Origin: Nostoc sp. DedSLP01
GTDB taxonomy: Bacteria; Cyanobacteriota; Cyanobacteriia; Cyanobacteriales; Nostocaceae
Assembly (NCBI GenBank): GCA_034530875.2
Contig: JAVRCJ020000014.1
Span: 141,189 to 205,188 of the forward strand
Length of the DNA: 64,000 nt
Direction of reading: 5' to 3'
This document shows positions 40,690 to 49,717 of the stretch, piece by piece. How positions within the stretch are numbered: the first letter of the stretch is position 1; each line of letters begins with the position of its first letter. Under the pieces are notes generated by a model. That model was not told the DNA's origin. It saw only the letters and a program-made list of their open reading frames with translations, and did no database searches. The position numbers were made by a program, and so were the translations under genes.

Positions 40690-42882
40690 ATGGAGCCAAA
40701 TGAGATTGATGATGAGGATCTAGAAGCATTTCTCGTTGAGAGCTACGAGAATCTAAATCAAATTGAACGAGATATTATTGAGCTAGAGAAAGCATCTGTT
40801 AATGGAGAAGCATTAGTTCGGATTTATCGATCGCTCCACACACTCAAAGGCAACTGTGGCTTTTTACCGTTTCCTCATCTGGAGTCCCTTGCTCACGCTG
40901 GGGAAAATTTGCTTTCTCATCTGCGGGATGGCACATTAGCAATAACCCCAGATATTATTAGTACTTTACTACAAACAGTTGACACCATTCGGCAAATCCT
41001 TTCTCAAATTGCAGCTACCAAAGATGAAGGCGATCGCGATTATTCACCACTGATTGCAACTTTAACGCAATTACAGGAAATTCAACAAACACCATTAGCC
41101 TCTCCATCGTCTCTTAACACGCAAGTGTCATTACAAATACATACAGCAAATGCTGAGTCTGTGGATTTTCAGGATCGAGCCGAACTATCAAGCATCACCT
41201 CATCAGAATCTTCTCATATTCGAGTCAATGTTAATTTATTAGACCGGGTGATGAACTTAGTAGGCGAACTAGTTTTAACCCGTAACCAAATCCTTAAATT
41301 TAGTAATCAGTTTCAGGATAATAATTTTACTGCAACCTGCCAGCAATTGAGTCTACTGACAACTCAATTGCAGGAAGGAGTGATGAAAACTCGCCTGCAA
41401 GCAATTAGTATTATTTGGCAAAAGTTCCCTCGCGTCATCCGCGATATAGCCATAGCTGCGGGCAAACAAGTCCAGGTGGAAATGCACGGGGGAGATACCG
41501 AACTAGACAAAAATATTATCGAAACTATTAAAGACCCCTTAACTCACTTAGTACGCAACTGCATCGATCATGGTATTGAGTCACCAAGCGAGCGACTTGC
41601 TTGTGGAAAGCCAGCTGTCGGCAGACTATTTCTCAGAGCCTTTCAGGAAAACGGCAAAGTCAATATTGAAATCGGCGATGATGGTCGCGGTCTTAATCCC
41701 AAACAATTCAAACAGCGAGGGCAGCAACTTGGTTTAATCAGTGCCGTAGAAGCTAGCTCGATGAGCGAATTAGAAGCGATAAACTTAATTTTCTTACCCG
41801 GCTTCTCCACTGCTCAACAGGTGACTAATCTTTCCGGGCGCGGGATGGGAATGGATATTGTCAAAAGCAATATTGAAAAAATTAATGGCACTATCGAAAT
41901 TCAGAGCCAGCAGGGACAAGGCACAATATTTAAAATCAAGATTCCCTTGACATTGGCAATTATTCCCGGATTAATTGTTAGCAGTGGCGGTTATCGCTAT
42001 GCTATTCCCCAAGAGAGTTTACAAGAGTTAGTACGCCTAGAAGGTCAGGCAGTCAATAAAATTGAGATATTTTATGATGTGCCTGTGTATCCCTTGCGGG
42101 GTCGGCTTGTACCATTGGTCGATGTCAATCGAGTATTGCAGTTAACCAATAAGGCGACCAACTCAGAAATGTTGAGTATTGTAATTATTCAAGTTGATAA
42201 CTATCAGTTTGGATTGGTCGTAGACACAATTGAAGACATCCAAGATATTGTAGTTAAACCTTTGGGGAAACAGTTAAAGACGCTATCGGTATTTTCAGGA
42301 GCCACGATTTTAGGAGATGGTTCCGTGGCATTAATTATTGATGTTGTTGGTTTGGCAAACTACTCTGGTGTCAGTGCCAAAAACCAATTACTCAGCCAAA
42401 ACAGTGGAAATAGCCAAGAGCAACAAAGCGATCGCCAAACGATTGTACTATTTGAAGGCCCCCAAGGCGCGCGGATGGGAATTCCTCTAGCGAAGGCGCT
42501 GCGAATCGAAGAAATTTTAGCTTCTGCTATCGAGAAAGTCGGCAACCAGTATGTCTTACAGTCTTACGGTCAAATTCTGCCAGTAATCGACCTGCATCAA
42601 GTATTTTTGCACAGCGATCGCCATCTCCTCAAGCATCAGGATTTAGGCGAAATCATCCAGATACTCATTGTCTCTGGTGGCAATTCAGAAGTTAGTGTTG
42701 GGCTAGTGGTTGACCGCATTCTCGACATTGTAGAAGAACCACTAATCATAAAAGGCGTTCCTAGCAGACCTGGCGTGCTTTTATGTGCTGTCATTCAAGG
42801 ACAAATAACAGAAATTTTGGACATTGAGACTGTTATTCAAATTACTAATCCTCATTTACTGCAACTAGCTACTCATGGTTAA
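40690..42882 (+). CDS. cheA: Chemotaxis histidine kinase CheA (HPt, dimerisation, HATPase, two CheW-like domains, no receiver)
   Basis: LHTLKG, LMNLVGELV-like dimerisation motif, HLVRNCIDHG, DDGRG, FLPGFST, SGRGMGMD. Confidence 0.95.
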   Translation: MEPNEIDDEDLEAFLVESYENLNQIERDIIELEKASVNGEALVRIYRSLHTLKGNCGFLPFPHLESLAHAGENLLSHLRDGTLAITPDIISTLLQTVDTIRQILSQIAATKDEGDRDYSPLIATLTQLQEIQQTPLASPSSLNTQVSLQIHTANAESVDFQDRAELSSITSSESSHIRVNVNLLDRVMNLVGELVLTRNQILKFSNQFQDNNFTATCQQLSLLTTQLQEGVMKTRLQAISIIWQKFPRVIRDIAIAAGKQVQVEMHGGDTELDKNIIETIKDPLTHLVRNCIDHGIESPSERLACGKPAVGRLFLRAFQENGKVNIEIGDDGRGLNPKQFKQRGQQLGLISAVEASSMSELEAINLIFLPGFSTAQQVTNLSGRGMGMDIVKSNIEKINGTIEIQSQQGQGTIFKIKIPLTLAIIPGLIVSSGGYRYAIPQESLQELVRLEGQAVNKIEIFYDVPVYPLRGRLVPLVDVNRVLQLTNKATNSEMLSIVIIQVDNYQFGLVVDTIEDIQDIVVKPLGKQLKTLSVFSGATILGDGSVALIIDVVGLANYSGVSAKNQLLSQNSGNSQEQQSDRQTIVLFEGPQGARMGIPLAKALRIEEILASAIEKVGNQYVLQSYGQILPVIDLHQVFLHSDRHLLKHQDLGEIIQILIVSGGNSEVSVGLVVDRILDIVEEPLIIKGVPSRPGVLLCAVIQGQITEILDIETVIQITNPHLLQLATHG

Positions 42883-43330
42883 AGAAAAAATTTGCACCTT
42901 TTTTCTTAAAGGAGTTTACTTTGGTATTGATGTGGAGAACGTTCAAGAAGTTATTCGCACTCAAGCAATGACTCCTGTACCTTTAGCACCAGCAGATATC
43001 TGTGGGTTAATTAATTTACGGGGGCAAATTCTTACTGTTATTGATTTACAGCGTCGATTAGAAATCACCCAGCCAGAAACGCAATCAATTACAAAACTTA
43101 CAGATGCAGCCCAAGGATTTAATATCATTGTCTGTTCTGATGATGAAATAGTTAGTCTACTGGTGGATGATGTGGGAGATGTTTTAGAGTTTCCCCAAAA
43201 CACCTTTCAACCTCCACCTGCAACATTAAAAGGTAAAATGCGGCAAATGCTAGCAGGAGCTTATCCGCTTACAGACGGGTTTGTTCTAGTTTTAGACGTA
43301 CACAAAGTTTTAAATGTTAGAGGTTTTTGA
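42875..43330 (+). CDS. cheW: CheW coupling protein (C-terminus supplied by a MITE)
   Basis: FGIDV..VQEV, TPVPLAP, GLINLRGQILTVIDL. Confidence 0.94.
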   Translation: MVKEKICTFFLKGVYFGIDVENVQEVIRTQAMTPVPLAPADICGLINLRGQILTVIDLQRRLEITQPETQSITKLTDAAQGFNIIVCSDDEIVSLLVDDVGDVLEFPQNTFQPPPATLKGKMRQMLAGAYPLTDGFVLVLDVHKVLNVRGF

Positions 43331-43472
43331 AAAGTGTTTTGCTGTGATTTTAGGCACGTTTAGATCCCCCCTAGCCCCCCTTAAAAAGGGGGGAACTGGA
43401 ATCAAAGTCCCCCAATTTATCGGGGGATCTAGAACTTTTCAATACCGACCAGAGGACTTTTCAAACATCCTC
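43320..43472. mobile_element. MITE with GAGG..TTTGAAAAGT terminal inverted repeats and a TTA target-site duplication (IS5/IS1031-like ends)
   Basis: TTA|GAGGTTTTTGAAAAGT...ACTTTTCAAACATCCTC|TTA; internal C6/G6 hairpins. Confidence 0.85.
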
Positions 43473-43518
43473 TTAATTTTAAAAGTCAGATTATTGAGTA
43501 ATTGAGGAGTATTTAACC

Positions 43519-44823
43519 ATGACTACAAATCGGACTAGAAAAACAGATAACTCTAAATCTCCTATGGTGGAAAATGCAGCAGCCCAGCCGAATGATAACG
43601 GTATCACAAAAGAGCAATTGCAAGCCTTACTTGTAGGATTAAAAGCAGCAAAAAATGGTGATTTTACTGTCCGTTTGGCAGTGGAAAATAACGAACTGAG
43701 TGAAATAGCCTCTGTTTTTAATGAACTGGTGAGTTTCAATCAAAACTTTGCTAGCGAAGTGACTCGCATGGCATCAGAGATTGGCGTCCAAGGTAAACTC
43801 GGTTCTCAAGCAGTGGTGAAAGCCGCAACAGGAAGTTGGAAAGAATTGCTCGACAACTTAAATCAAATGTCTGTGAATTTAAAAGAGCAAATCACAGAAA
43901 TTAATCAGGTAACACTTGCCGTTGCCCAAGGAAATTTGTCCGAGCAAATTGAGGCTAGCAACGCAGGAGAGTTTAAGCAACTCGCTGATAATGCAAATCA
44001 AATGATTACTAGCCTGAAGTCGTCAATTAGACAAATGACAGAAGTTGCCACAGCAGTTGCCTCTTCTTCAGAAGAACTAACCGCAGTCAGCAAAGAAATG
44101 ACTCACAATGCCGAACAAACAGCCGAACAGGCCACTTTAGCTTCCGCCTCTGCCGAACAGGTAAGCCAGAATACCAATACAGTTGTGACGGCGGTGGAAG
44201 AGATGAATGCCAGCATTCGAGAAATTGCCAAAACTGTTACTGAAGGTTCAAAAGTTACTATTGATGCAGTTAAAACAGCCGATCGCACCAACCAGACAAT
44301 TAACAAACTCGCTCAAAGCAGCATTGAGATTGGTAAAGTCATCAAAGTAATAACCGCGATCGCCGGACAAACAAACTTACTGGCACTTAATGCTACCATC
44401 GAAGCTGCAAGAGCTGGGGATGCAGGTAGAGGATTTGCAGTCGTAGCCAACGAAGTCAAAGAATTAGCCAAACAAACAGCTAACGCCACCGAAGATATTA
44501 GCCAGCGAATTGAAGCGATTCAGACAGATACCAAGGACGCTGTTACAGCCATCACCCAGATTACCGGCATTATCAATCAAATCAACGATTTCCAAAACAC
44601 CATTGCTAGCGCCATTGAGGAACAAACAGCAACTACTAATGAAATTAGTCGAAATATCGCCGAGGCAGCCAAAGGAACATCAGACATTGCCAAAAATATT
44701 GGAATTGTGGCACTCAATACTCAAACTACTAACGCTGGCACCAGCAATACATTACAGGCAGCTACAGAATTATCCCGTATGGCAGTAGATTTGCACAAAG
44801 TCGTCAACCAGTTTAAGTATTAG
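43519..44823 (+). CDS. Cytoplasmic methyl-accepting chemotaxis protein with N-terminal poly-HAMP region
   Basis: [34 protein letters not shown] hairpin tip; no TM segment; GDFTVRL, GKLGSQA and GNLSEQI HAMP repeats. Confidence 0.93.
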   Translation: MTTNRTRKTDNSKSPMVENAAAQPNDNGITKEQLQALLVGLKAAKNGDFTVRLAVENNELSEIASVFNELVSFNQNFASEVTRMASEIGVQGKLGSQAVVKAATGSWKELLDNLNQMSVNLKEQITEINQVTLAVAQGNLSEQIEASNAGEFKQLADNANQMITSLKSSIRQMTEVATAVASSSEELTAVSKEMTHNAEQTAEQATLASASAEQVSQNTNTVVTAVEEMNASIREIAKTVTEGSKVTIDAVKTADRTNQTINKLAQSSIEIGKVIKVITAIAGQTNLLALNATIEAARAGDAGRGFAVVANEVKELAKQTANATEDISQRIEAIQTDTKDAVTAITQITGIINQINDFQNTIASAIEEQTATTNEISRNIAEAAKGTSDIAKNIGIVALNTQTTNAGTSNTLQAATELSRMAVDLHKVVNQFKY

Positions 44824-44856
44824 ACGGTTGACTGTTGACTGTTGACTTGTCCAGCC

Positions 44857-44920
44857 AGATCCCCGACTTCTTTAAGAAGTCGGGGATCTTATCTTTCACG
44901 AATGATTTAGGATTGCTATA
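44857..44920. repeat. Palindromic dispersed repeat (second copy at 63073-63134)
   Basis: AGATCCCCGACTTCTT-T-AAGAAGTCGGGGATCT followed by TCACGAATGATTTAGGATTGCTATA. Confidence 0.8.
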
Positions 44921-44948
44921 CCAGAAAATAATTTTGCAAGGCAGGTTT

Positions 44949-45242
44949 AATGAGTCTTTAATACTCGCGGACGAGTCTTTGATACTCGCGAACGAGCCTT
45001 TGATACTCGCCGACGAGTCTTTAATACTCGCGGACGAGTCTTTGATATTCGCCGATGAGTCTTTGATACTCGCAGACGAGTCTTTGATACTCGCCGATGA
45101 GTCTTTGATATTCGCGGACGAGTCTTTGATACTCGCGGACGAGTCTTTGATACTCGCGGACGAGTCTTTGATACTCGCGGACGAGTCTTTGATACTCGCG
45201 GACGAGTCTTTGATACTCGCGGACGAGTCTTTGATATTCACG
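44949..45242. repeat. Tandem array of 14 x 21-bp units, consensus GACGAGTCTTTGATACTCGCG
   Basis: Read directly; each unit holds the inverted repeat CGAGT-N7-ACTCG; no spacers. Confidence 0.97.
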
Positions 45243-45253
45243 AGCGAATCTCA

Positions 45254-45554
45254 GAGGTTGTTTTAAAAGTGGTTGGTTGTGATTAAAATCAGATTCTTAC
45301 CCCCCTTAATCCCCCCTTATAAAGGCTACGGTGTACACACAAGTCGGAGTTGCTTGTGAATTCCGGACTTTACCCCCCTTAATCCCCCCTTGTTAAGGGG
45401 GGAAAAAGAGATCCAGTTCCCTCCCCTTTCTAAGGGGAGGGTTAGGGTGGGGTAATTCGATAACTTGTGTGTACACGGTAGCCTTTCTAAGGGGAAGGTT
45501 AGGGTAGGGTAAACAAATATTTGATACAGGACTACAAACTTTTCAAATATCCTC
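45254..45554. mobile_element. MITE of the same family as 43320-43472, containing a nested MITE (45324-45483)
   Basis: GAGGTTGTTTTAAAAGT...ACTTTTCAAATATCCTC; nested GGCTACGGTGTACACACAAGT...ACTTGTGTGTACACGGTAGCC. Confidence 0.8.
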
Positions 45555-45606
45555 CCAGAACTTCACCCCCAATCCCCATGCCCCATGCCCCATGCCCAAT
45601 GCCCCA

Positions 45607-46671
45607 ATGCCAAAAATCCGAGTACTAATTGTCGATGATGCGGTAGTTGTTAGGAGTCGAGTCAGTAAGATTTTGTCTGGCGATCCCGAACTAGAAGTAG
45701 CAGGAGTTGCGGCTAACGGTCGCATTGCCTTGGCTAAGATACCCCTGGTTAATCCCGATGTTGTCATCCTTGATGTGGAAATGCCGGAGATGGATGGTTT
45801 ACAAACTCTCTCTGCTATTCGGCAAATCTATCCGCGCTTGCCAGTAATTATGTTTAGCACTTCTACGCGTACTGGAGCGATCGCCACTCTTGAAGCTCTT
45901 TCTTTAGGTGCTTCAGATTATGCAACAAAACCGAGTAACTTAGGAAGTGTAGAAGCAACAAATAAATATATTCGGGAAGATTTAATTCCGAAAATTAAAG
46001 TATTTGGTGGATTTTTTACACCAAACGCCATTGCCGAACCTGTTGCTGTTTTTCCCGTTCAGAGCAACATAGAGCCAGTGAAAGTTGTGGCTATTGGTGT
46101 TTCTACTGGAGGCCCTAATGCTTTGAATGCAGTGTTGGGAAAACTTCCAGCTGATTTATCAGTGCCAATTTTAATTGTCCAACACATGCCGCCAATGTTT
46201 ACCAAACTACTAGCCGAGCAATTATCTTCCAAGTGTAAAATTCCAGTGGATGAGGCGGTTCCCGGACAGATACTAGAGCCTGGACGTGCTTGGATTGCAC
46301 CAGGAGATTATCATTTAGTTGTGGAACGCGACAAAACTGTGGTTCGCCTTGCTACTAATCAAGCATCTCCAGAAAATTTCTGTCGTCCTTCTGTAGATGT
46401 TCTGTTTCGTTCGGTTGCAGAGGTTTATGGTGCAGGGGCGATCGCAGTTATCCTTACGGGTATGGGGCAAGATGGGTTAAAAGGCTGTCGGCGCATACGC
46501 GAGGCAGGGGGACAGGTGCTTGCACAAGACAAAGCTACTAGCGTGGTGTGGGGAATGCCCGGTTTTGTAATTAATGCCGGACTTGCCAATCAAATTTTGC
46601 CGCTTAACCAAATTGCCGATGAAATTCTGCACAGAATTGGTTACGATCGAGTCTCTATTTCGGGTCTGTAA
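45607..46671 (+). CDS. cheB: Chemotaxis methylesterase CheB (REC + methylesterase)
   Basis: Receiver domain; GVSTGGP, VQHMP, RPSVDVLF, LTGMGQDG (Ser-His-Asp triad intact). Confidence 0.96.
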   Translation: MPKIRVLIVDDAVVVRSRVSKILSGDPELEVAGVAANGRIALAKIPLVNPDVVILDVEMPEMDGLQTLSAIRQIYPRLPVIMFSTSTRTGAIATLEALSLGASDYATKPSNLGSVEATNKYIREDLIPKIKVFGGFFTPNAIAEPVAVFPVQSNIEPVKVVAIGVSTGGPNALNAVLGKLPADLSVPILIVQHMPPMFTKLLAEQLSSKCKIPVDEAVPGQILEPGRAWIAPGDYHLVVERDKTVVRLATNQASPENFCRPSVDVLFRSVAEVYGAGAIAVILTGMGQDGLKGCRRIREAGGQVLAQDKATSVVWGMPGFVINAGLANQILPLNQIADEILHRIGYDRVSISGL

Positions 46672-47507
46672 TGAAACAGACTATGGACGTAAGCAAGGGT
46701 GATTTTGAGTATCTTCGTCAGTTAGTTCACGAGCATTCTGGGATTGTATTATTTGGCGATAAAACCTATTTGGCAGAGTTACATTTACAGCCAATAGTAG
46801 AATCCTCAGGCTTCACTTCTATCGCGGAATTAATTAATTACTTACGGAATCATCCGTTTAATAATCTTCATCTGCAAACAATCGAGGCCTTAGTTACCAC
46901 CGAAACTTCATTTTTTCGGGATAAACACCCTTTTGAAGCACTCAAAGAATACGTGCTACCAGAATTAATTAAACAACGAGCGATTGAGCGATCGCTTAAT
47001 ATTTGGAGTGCTGCCTGTTCCAACGGGCAAGAACCTTATAGCATCGCCATATTAATTCAGGAGCATTTTCCCATACTTATCAATTGGCCTGTAAAGCTAA
47101 TTGCCAGCGATTTTTCTACTAAAGTTTTAGACCGCGCTCGTCAAGGGCATTATAACCAGTTGGAAATTAATCGCGGGCTATCTCAAAATATTCGTGACAA
47201 ATACTTTCAAAAGCTAAATAACGACTGGCAAATCAACGAAGAAATCCGTCAGATGGTTGATTTTCGTCAGTTCAACCTTGTGCAAACTTGGCCATATTTA
47301 CCACAATTTGATGTTATCTTTTTACGCAATGTTTTAATCTACTTTGATATTGCCACTAAAAAAGCTTTGCTTAAAAAAGTAAAACAGCAATTAAGACCAG
47401 ATGGTTATTTATTTCTGGGTAGCGGTGAAACCACAATTAACCTAGATCGATCCTTCCGCCTGGTTAAATTTGACAGGCATATATGCTATCAATTGCACAA
47501 TCATTAA
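46671..47507 (+). CDS. cheR: Chemotaxis methyltransferase CheR
   Basis: TTETSFFRD, IWSAACSNGQEPYS, FDVIFLRNVLIYF, GYLFLG..E. Confidence 0.96.
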   Translation: MKQTMDVSKGDFEYLRQLVHEHSGIVLFGDKTYLAELHLQPIVESSGFTSIAELINYLRNHPFNNLHLQTIEALVTTETSFFRDKHPFEALKEYVLPELIKQRAIERSLNIWSAACSNGQEPYSIAILIQEHFPILINWPVKLIASDFSTKVLDRARQGHYNQLEINRGLSQNIRDKYFQKLNNDWQINEEIRQMVDFRQFNLVQTWPYLPQFDVIFLRNVLIYFDIATKKALLKKVKQQLRPDGYLFLGSGETTINLDRSFRLVKFDRHICYQLHNH

Positions 47508-47779
47508 AGAAGAATACAAAATCAATTAGTAGAGGATTTAGGGATTTAGAGCCTATTTATAAAGTAAAGATTAACTAGATTGTGTTACGGCTATGCAAGA
47601 ATTTGAGGGTTTGAGAAAGTCATGAGTTTTAAGAGGGCAGATGGCAGTCCCAATGAAACAAGTTTCACAAGCCTTGAATGAAAGTGTCTTTCTCCCCCTG
47701 CCTCCTCTGCTCAAAAACTGCTCTTTCAAGTCAAAAGGTATTCTGCCCTCTACCTTTCTTAGTAATTCAACATTTTCAA

Positions 47780-48703
47780 CTAGGCAATCCCGATGCCGCC
47801 TGTTACACCATAAACTTCTCCCGTGATGTAGCTGCCTTCTTGGGAAGCAAGCAACACATACACAGGAGCAATTTCCACAGGCTGGCCGGGTCTTCCGAGC
47901 GGAACTTCAGAACCAAATTTCTCGATCTTGTCCTGGGTCTGACCACCACTCGGCTGTAGCGGTGTCCAGAATGGGCCGGGTGCGACTGCATTAACACGCA
48001 CTCCCTTCTCGATCATCTGTTTGGCGAGAGATTTGGTGAAATTCTCAATGCCCGCTTTCGTAATCGCATAGTCAAGCAGACTCGCTGAAGGTTGATATGC
48101 CTGAATCGAAGTGGTATTAATAATCGATGCTCCGGGTTTGAGATGTGGAACGGCTGCTTTCGTAATCCAAAATAGCGCGTAGAGGTTTGTCTTCATCACT
48201 TTATCGAAATGCTCAGTCGCGATATCGCTAATTGAGGGGTAAGATGTCTGTGCGCCAGCATTGTTCACAAGAATATCTAAACCGTTCAAAGATTGCACTG
48301 CATCTGTCACCAGCTTTTGGCAAAAATGCTCGTCAGTGATGTCACCGGGAAGTGCAACCGCTTTGCGCCCTGATTCTTCAATCAATTGGATGACCTCTTG
48401 AGCATCAGCCTCCTCACTCTCGAGATAGCCGATCGCGACATCAGCACCTTCCCGCGCAAATGCGATCGCAACAGCGCGCCCAATACCAGAATCGGCTCCC
48501 GTGACCAATGCCTTCCGACCTGCAAGCTTTCCACATCCAATGTAGCTTTGCTCACCATGATCCGGTTTGGGCTGCATCTCTTGAGCAAGTCCTGGTACGG
48601 GCTGCGGTTGTTGGGGAAAGGGCGGAGCAGGATATTGCTGCCGGGGGTCTTGCATCTCTAATCGATCGTCTTTCATCACTTGTTCTTTTGATAGTTTTTG
48701 CAA
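47780..48703 (-). CDS. SDR oxidoreductase (YghA/YhxC general-stress type)
   Basis: [39 protein letters not shown]; start may be ATG 48676. Confidence 0.92.
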   Translation of the reverse strand: MQKLSKEQVMKDDRLEMQDPRQQYPAPPFPQQPQPVPGLAQEMQPKPDHGEQSYIGCGKLAGRKALVTGADSGIGRAVAIAFAREGADVAIGYLESEEADAQEVIQLIEESGRKAVALPGDITDEHFCQKLVTDAVQSLNGLDILVNNAGAQTSYPSISDIATEHFDKVMKTNLYALFWITKAAVPHLKPGASIINTTSIQAYQPSASLLDYAITKAGIENFTKSLAKQMIEKGVRVNAVAPGPFWTPLQPSGGQTQDKIEKFGSEVPLGRPGQPVEIAPVYVLLASQEGSYITGEVYGVTGGIGIA

Positions 48704-48831
48704 TTCAAGACTTAAGTATTAAGCATCGAGAAGAACGATTCCTCACCCTTTCAGCAGAATAACGTACCAAAGTATGCAAGACTTGGGCGCAGGCTCAGGG
48801 AGATCCACAAAATAATTAACTCACTGGGGAT

Positions 48832-49158
48832 TCACTTAAGCGGGTCGTGTCCCCAATTCTTTAATGAGTAATACCAGCGTGTGTGTTTCAAATCGCCAGA
48901 AGGTTGCTGCGCGCTATGACGATGAATGTAACTAATAACTTTCTTTATATGCGAAAGTTCATCGTCTGTATAGTCAGCTTTTTTCTCTAACAATTCGATA
49001 ATCCGTCGCCCGGATTTATGACCAATTGACTCGTCATCGCCGTCTTTTTGCCCGACACTTTGTGACTCATCTGTATCTAGCCAAGCCTCTAGTTCCTTGG
49101 GTGTCATATTGACAGCTTGATGAAACTCGTCAATCACCGATTTAGTATCTTTACTCAT
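48832..49158 (-). CDS. DUF3140-like protein
   Basis: VNMTPKELEAWL, GHKSGRRI, SLKNWGHDP. Confidence 0.8.
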   Translation of the reverse strand: MSKDTKSVIDEFHQAVNMTPKELEAWLDTDESQSVGQKDGDDESIGHKSGRRIIELLEKKADYTDDELSHIKKVISYIHRHSAQQPSGDLKHTRWYYSLKNWGHDPLK

Positions 49159-49167
49159 GGCTAAGAA

Positions 49168-49389
49168 TTACTCCTCTAACTTTTCCAGAGCATCGGGCTT
49201 ATGAGCAGCTTGTTTTCCTGTCTTATCGCTTTCAACTATGTACTGGGGGTCATCTTCGCTAGCAGCGACATGATGCTTTTTAATATCTGTTGGAGAGGTG
49301 ACTTTCTTCACTACTTCGCCAGTTGTCTCGCCTTGTGAAGTTTTCCATTCAACGCGATCGCCCTTTTTAAATTCCTCAGCCATAACCAT
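49168..49389 (-). CDS. DUF2945/HVA1-like small protein
   Basis: GDRVEW, ASEDDPQY.VESDKTGK.AAHKP.AL. Confidence 0.8.
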   Translation of the reverse strand: MVMAEEFKKGDRVEWKTSQGETTGEVVKKVTSPTDIKKHHVAASEDDPQYIVESDKTGKQAAHKPDALEKLEE

Positions 49390-49607
49390 CTCTTCTTTGA
49401 AATTTGATACTTACTCTCGTCACATTGTGTCTGTAATTTAAAAACCAGCCATCATTCTCGTGGTAGATAAAACATCCGTTATTAAGCTATATCTTTTGGC
49501 TAGGAAAAGGGATAACAAATTACTAAATAAAAACATCTGCAAAAATATCAAAGCCTTTGTGTAGCTTTTTTTGCAGATGTAGAACGAGCTAAAATCGAAT
49601 TATAAAT

Positions 49608-49717
49608 ATACCAATTCTCTAAAATGAAGCAAAAGAAATAAATCAGCAAATTCTTGCTGCATCTAAATTTCTTAATTACGTTAGCGTAGCGGCACGTAGC
49701 CCATTACGAATTGGTAT
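49608..49717. mobile_element. MITE-like element (ATACCAATTC family) with a nested insert of about 22 bp
   Basis: ATACCAATTC...GAATTGGTAT; extra TTAGCGTAGCGGCACGTAGCCC at 49681-49702 relative to the 32388 copy. Confidence 0.7.

Noticed and set aside
44949..45242. CRISPR array
   Set aside because: Units are contiguous with no unique spacers, and no cas genes are in the window.
44813..45266. ORFs 44813-45241 (-) and 44835-45266 (+) as real genes
   Set aside because: They are open only because the 21-bp unit lacks stops in those frames; their ends lie in repeat or MITE sequence and there is no clear RBS. Kept only as a caveat in the array finding.
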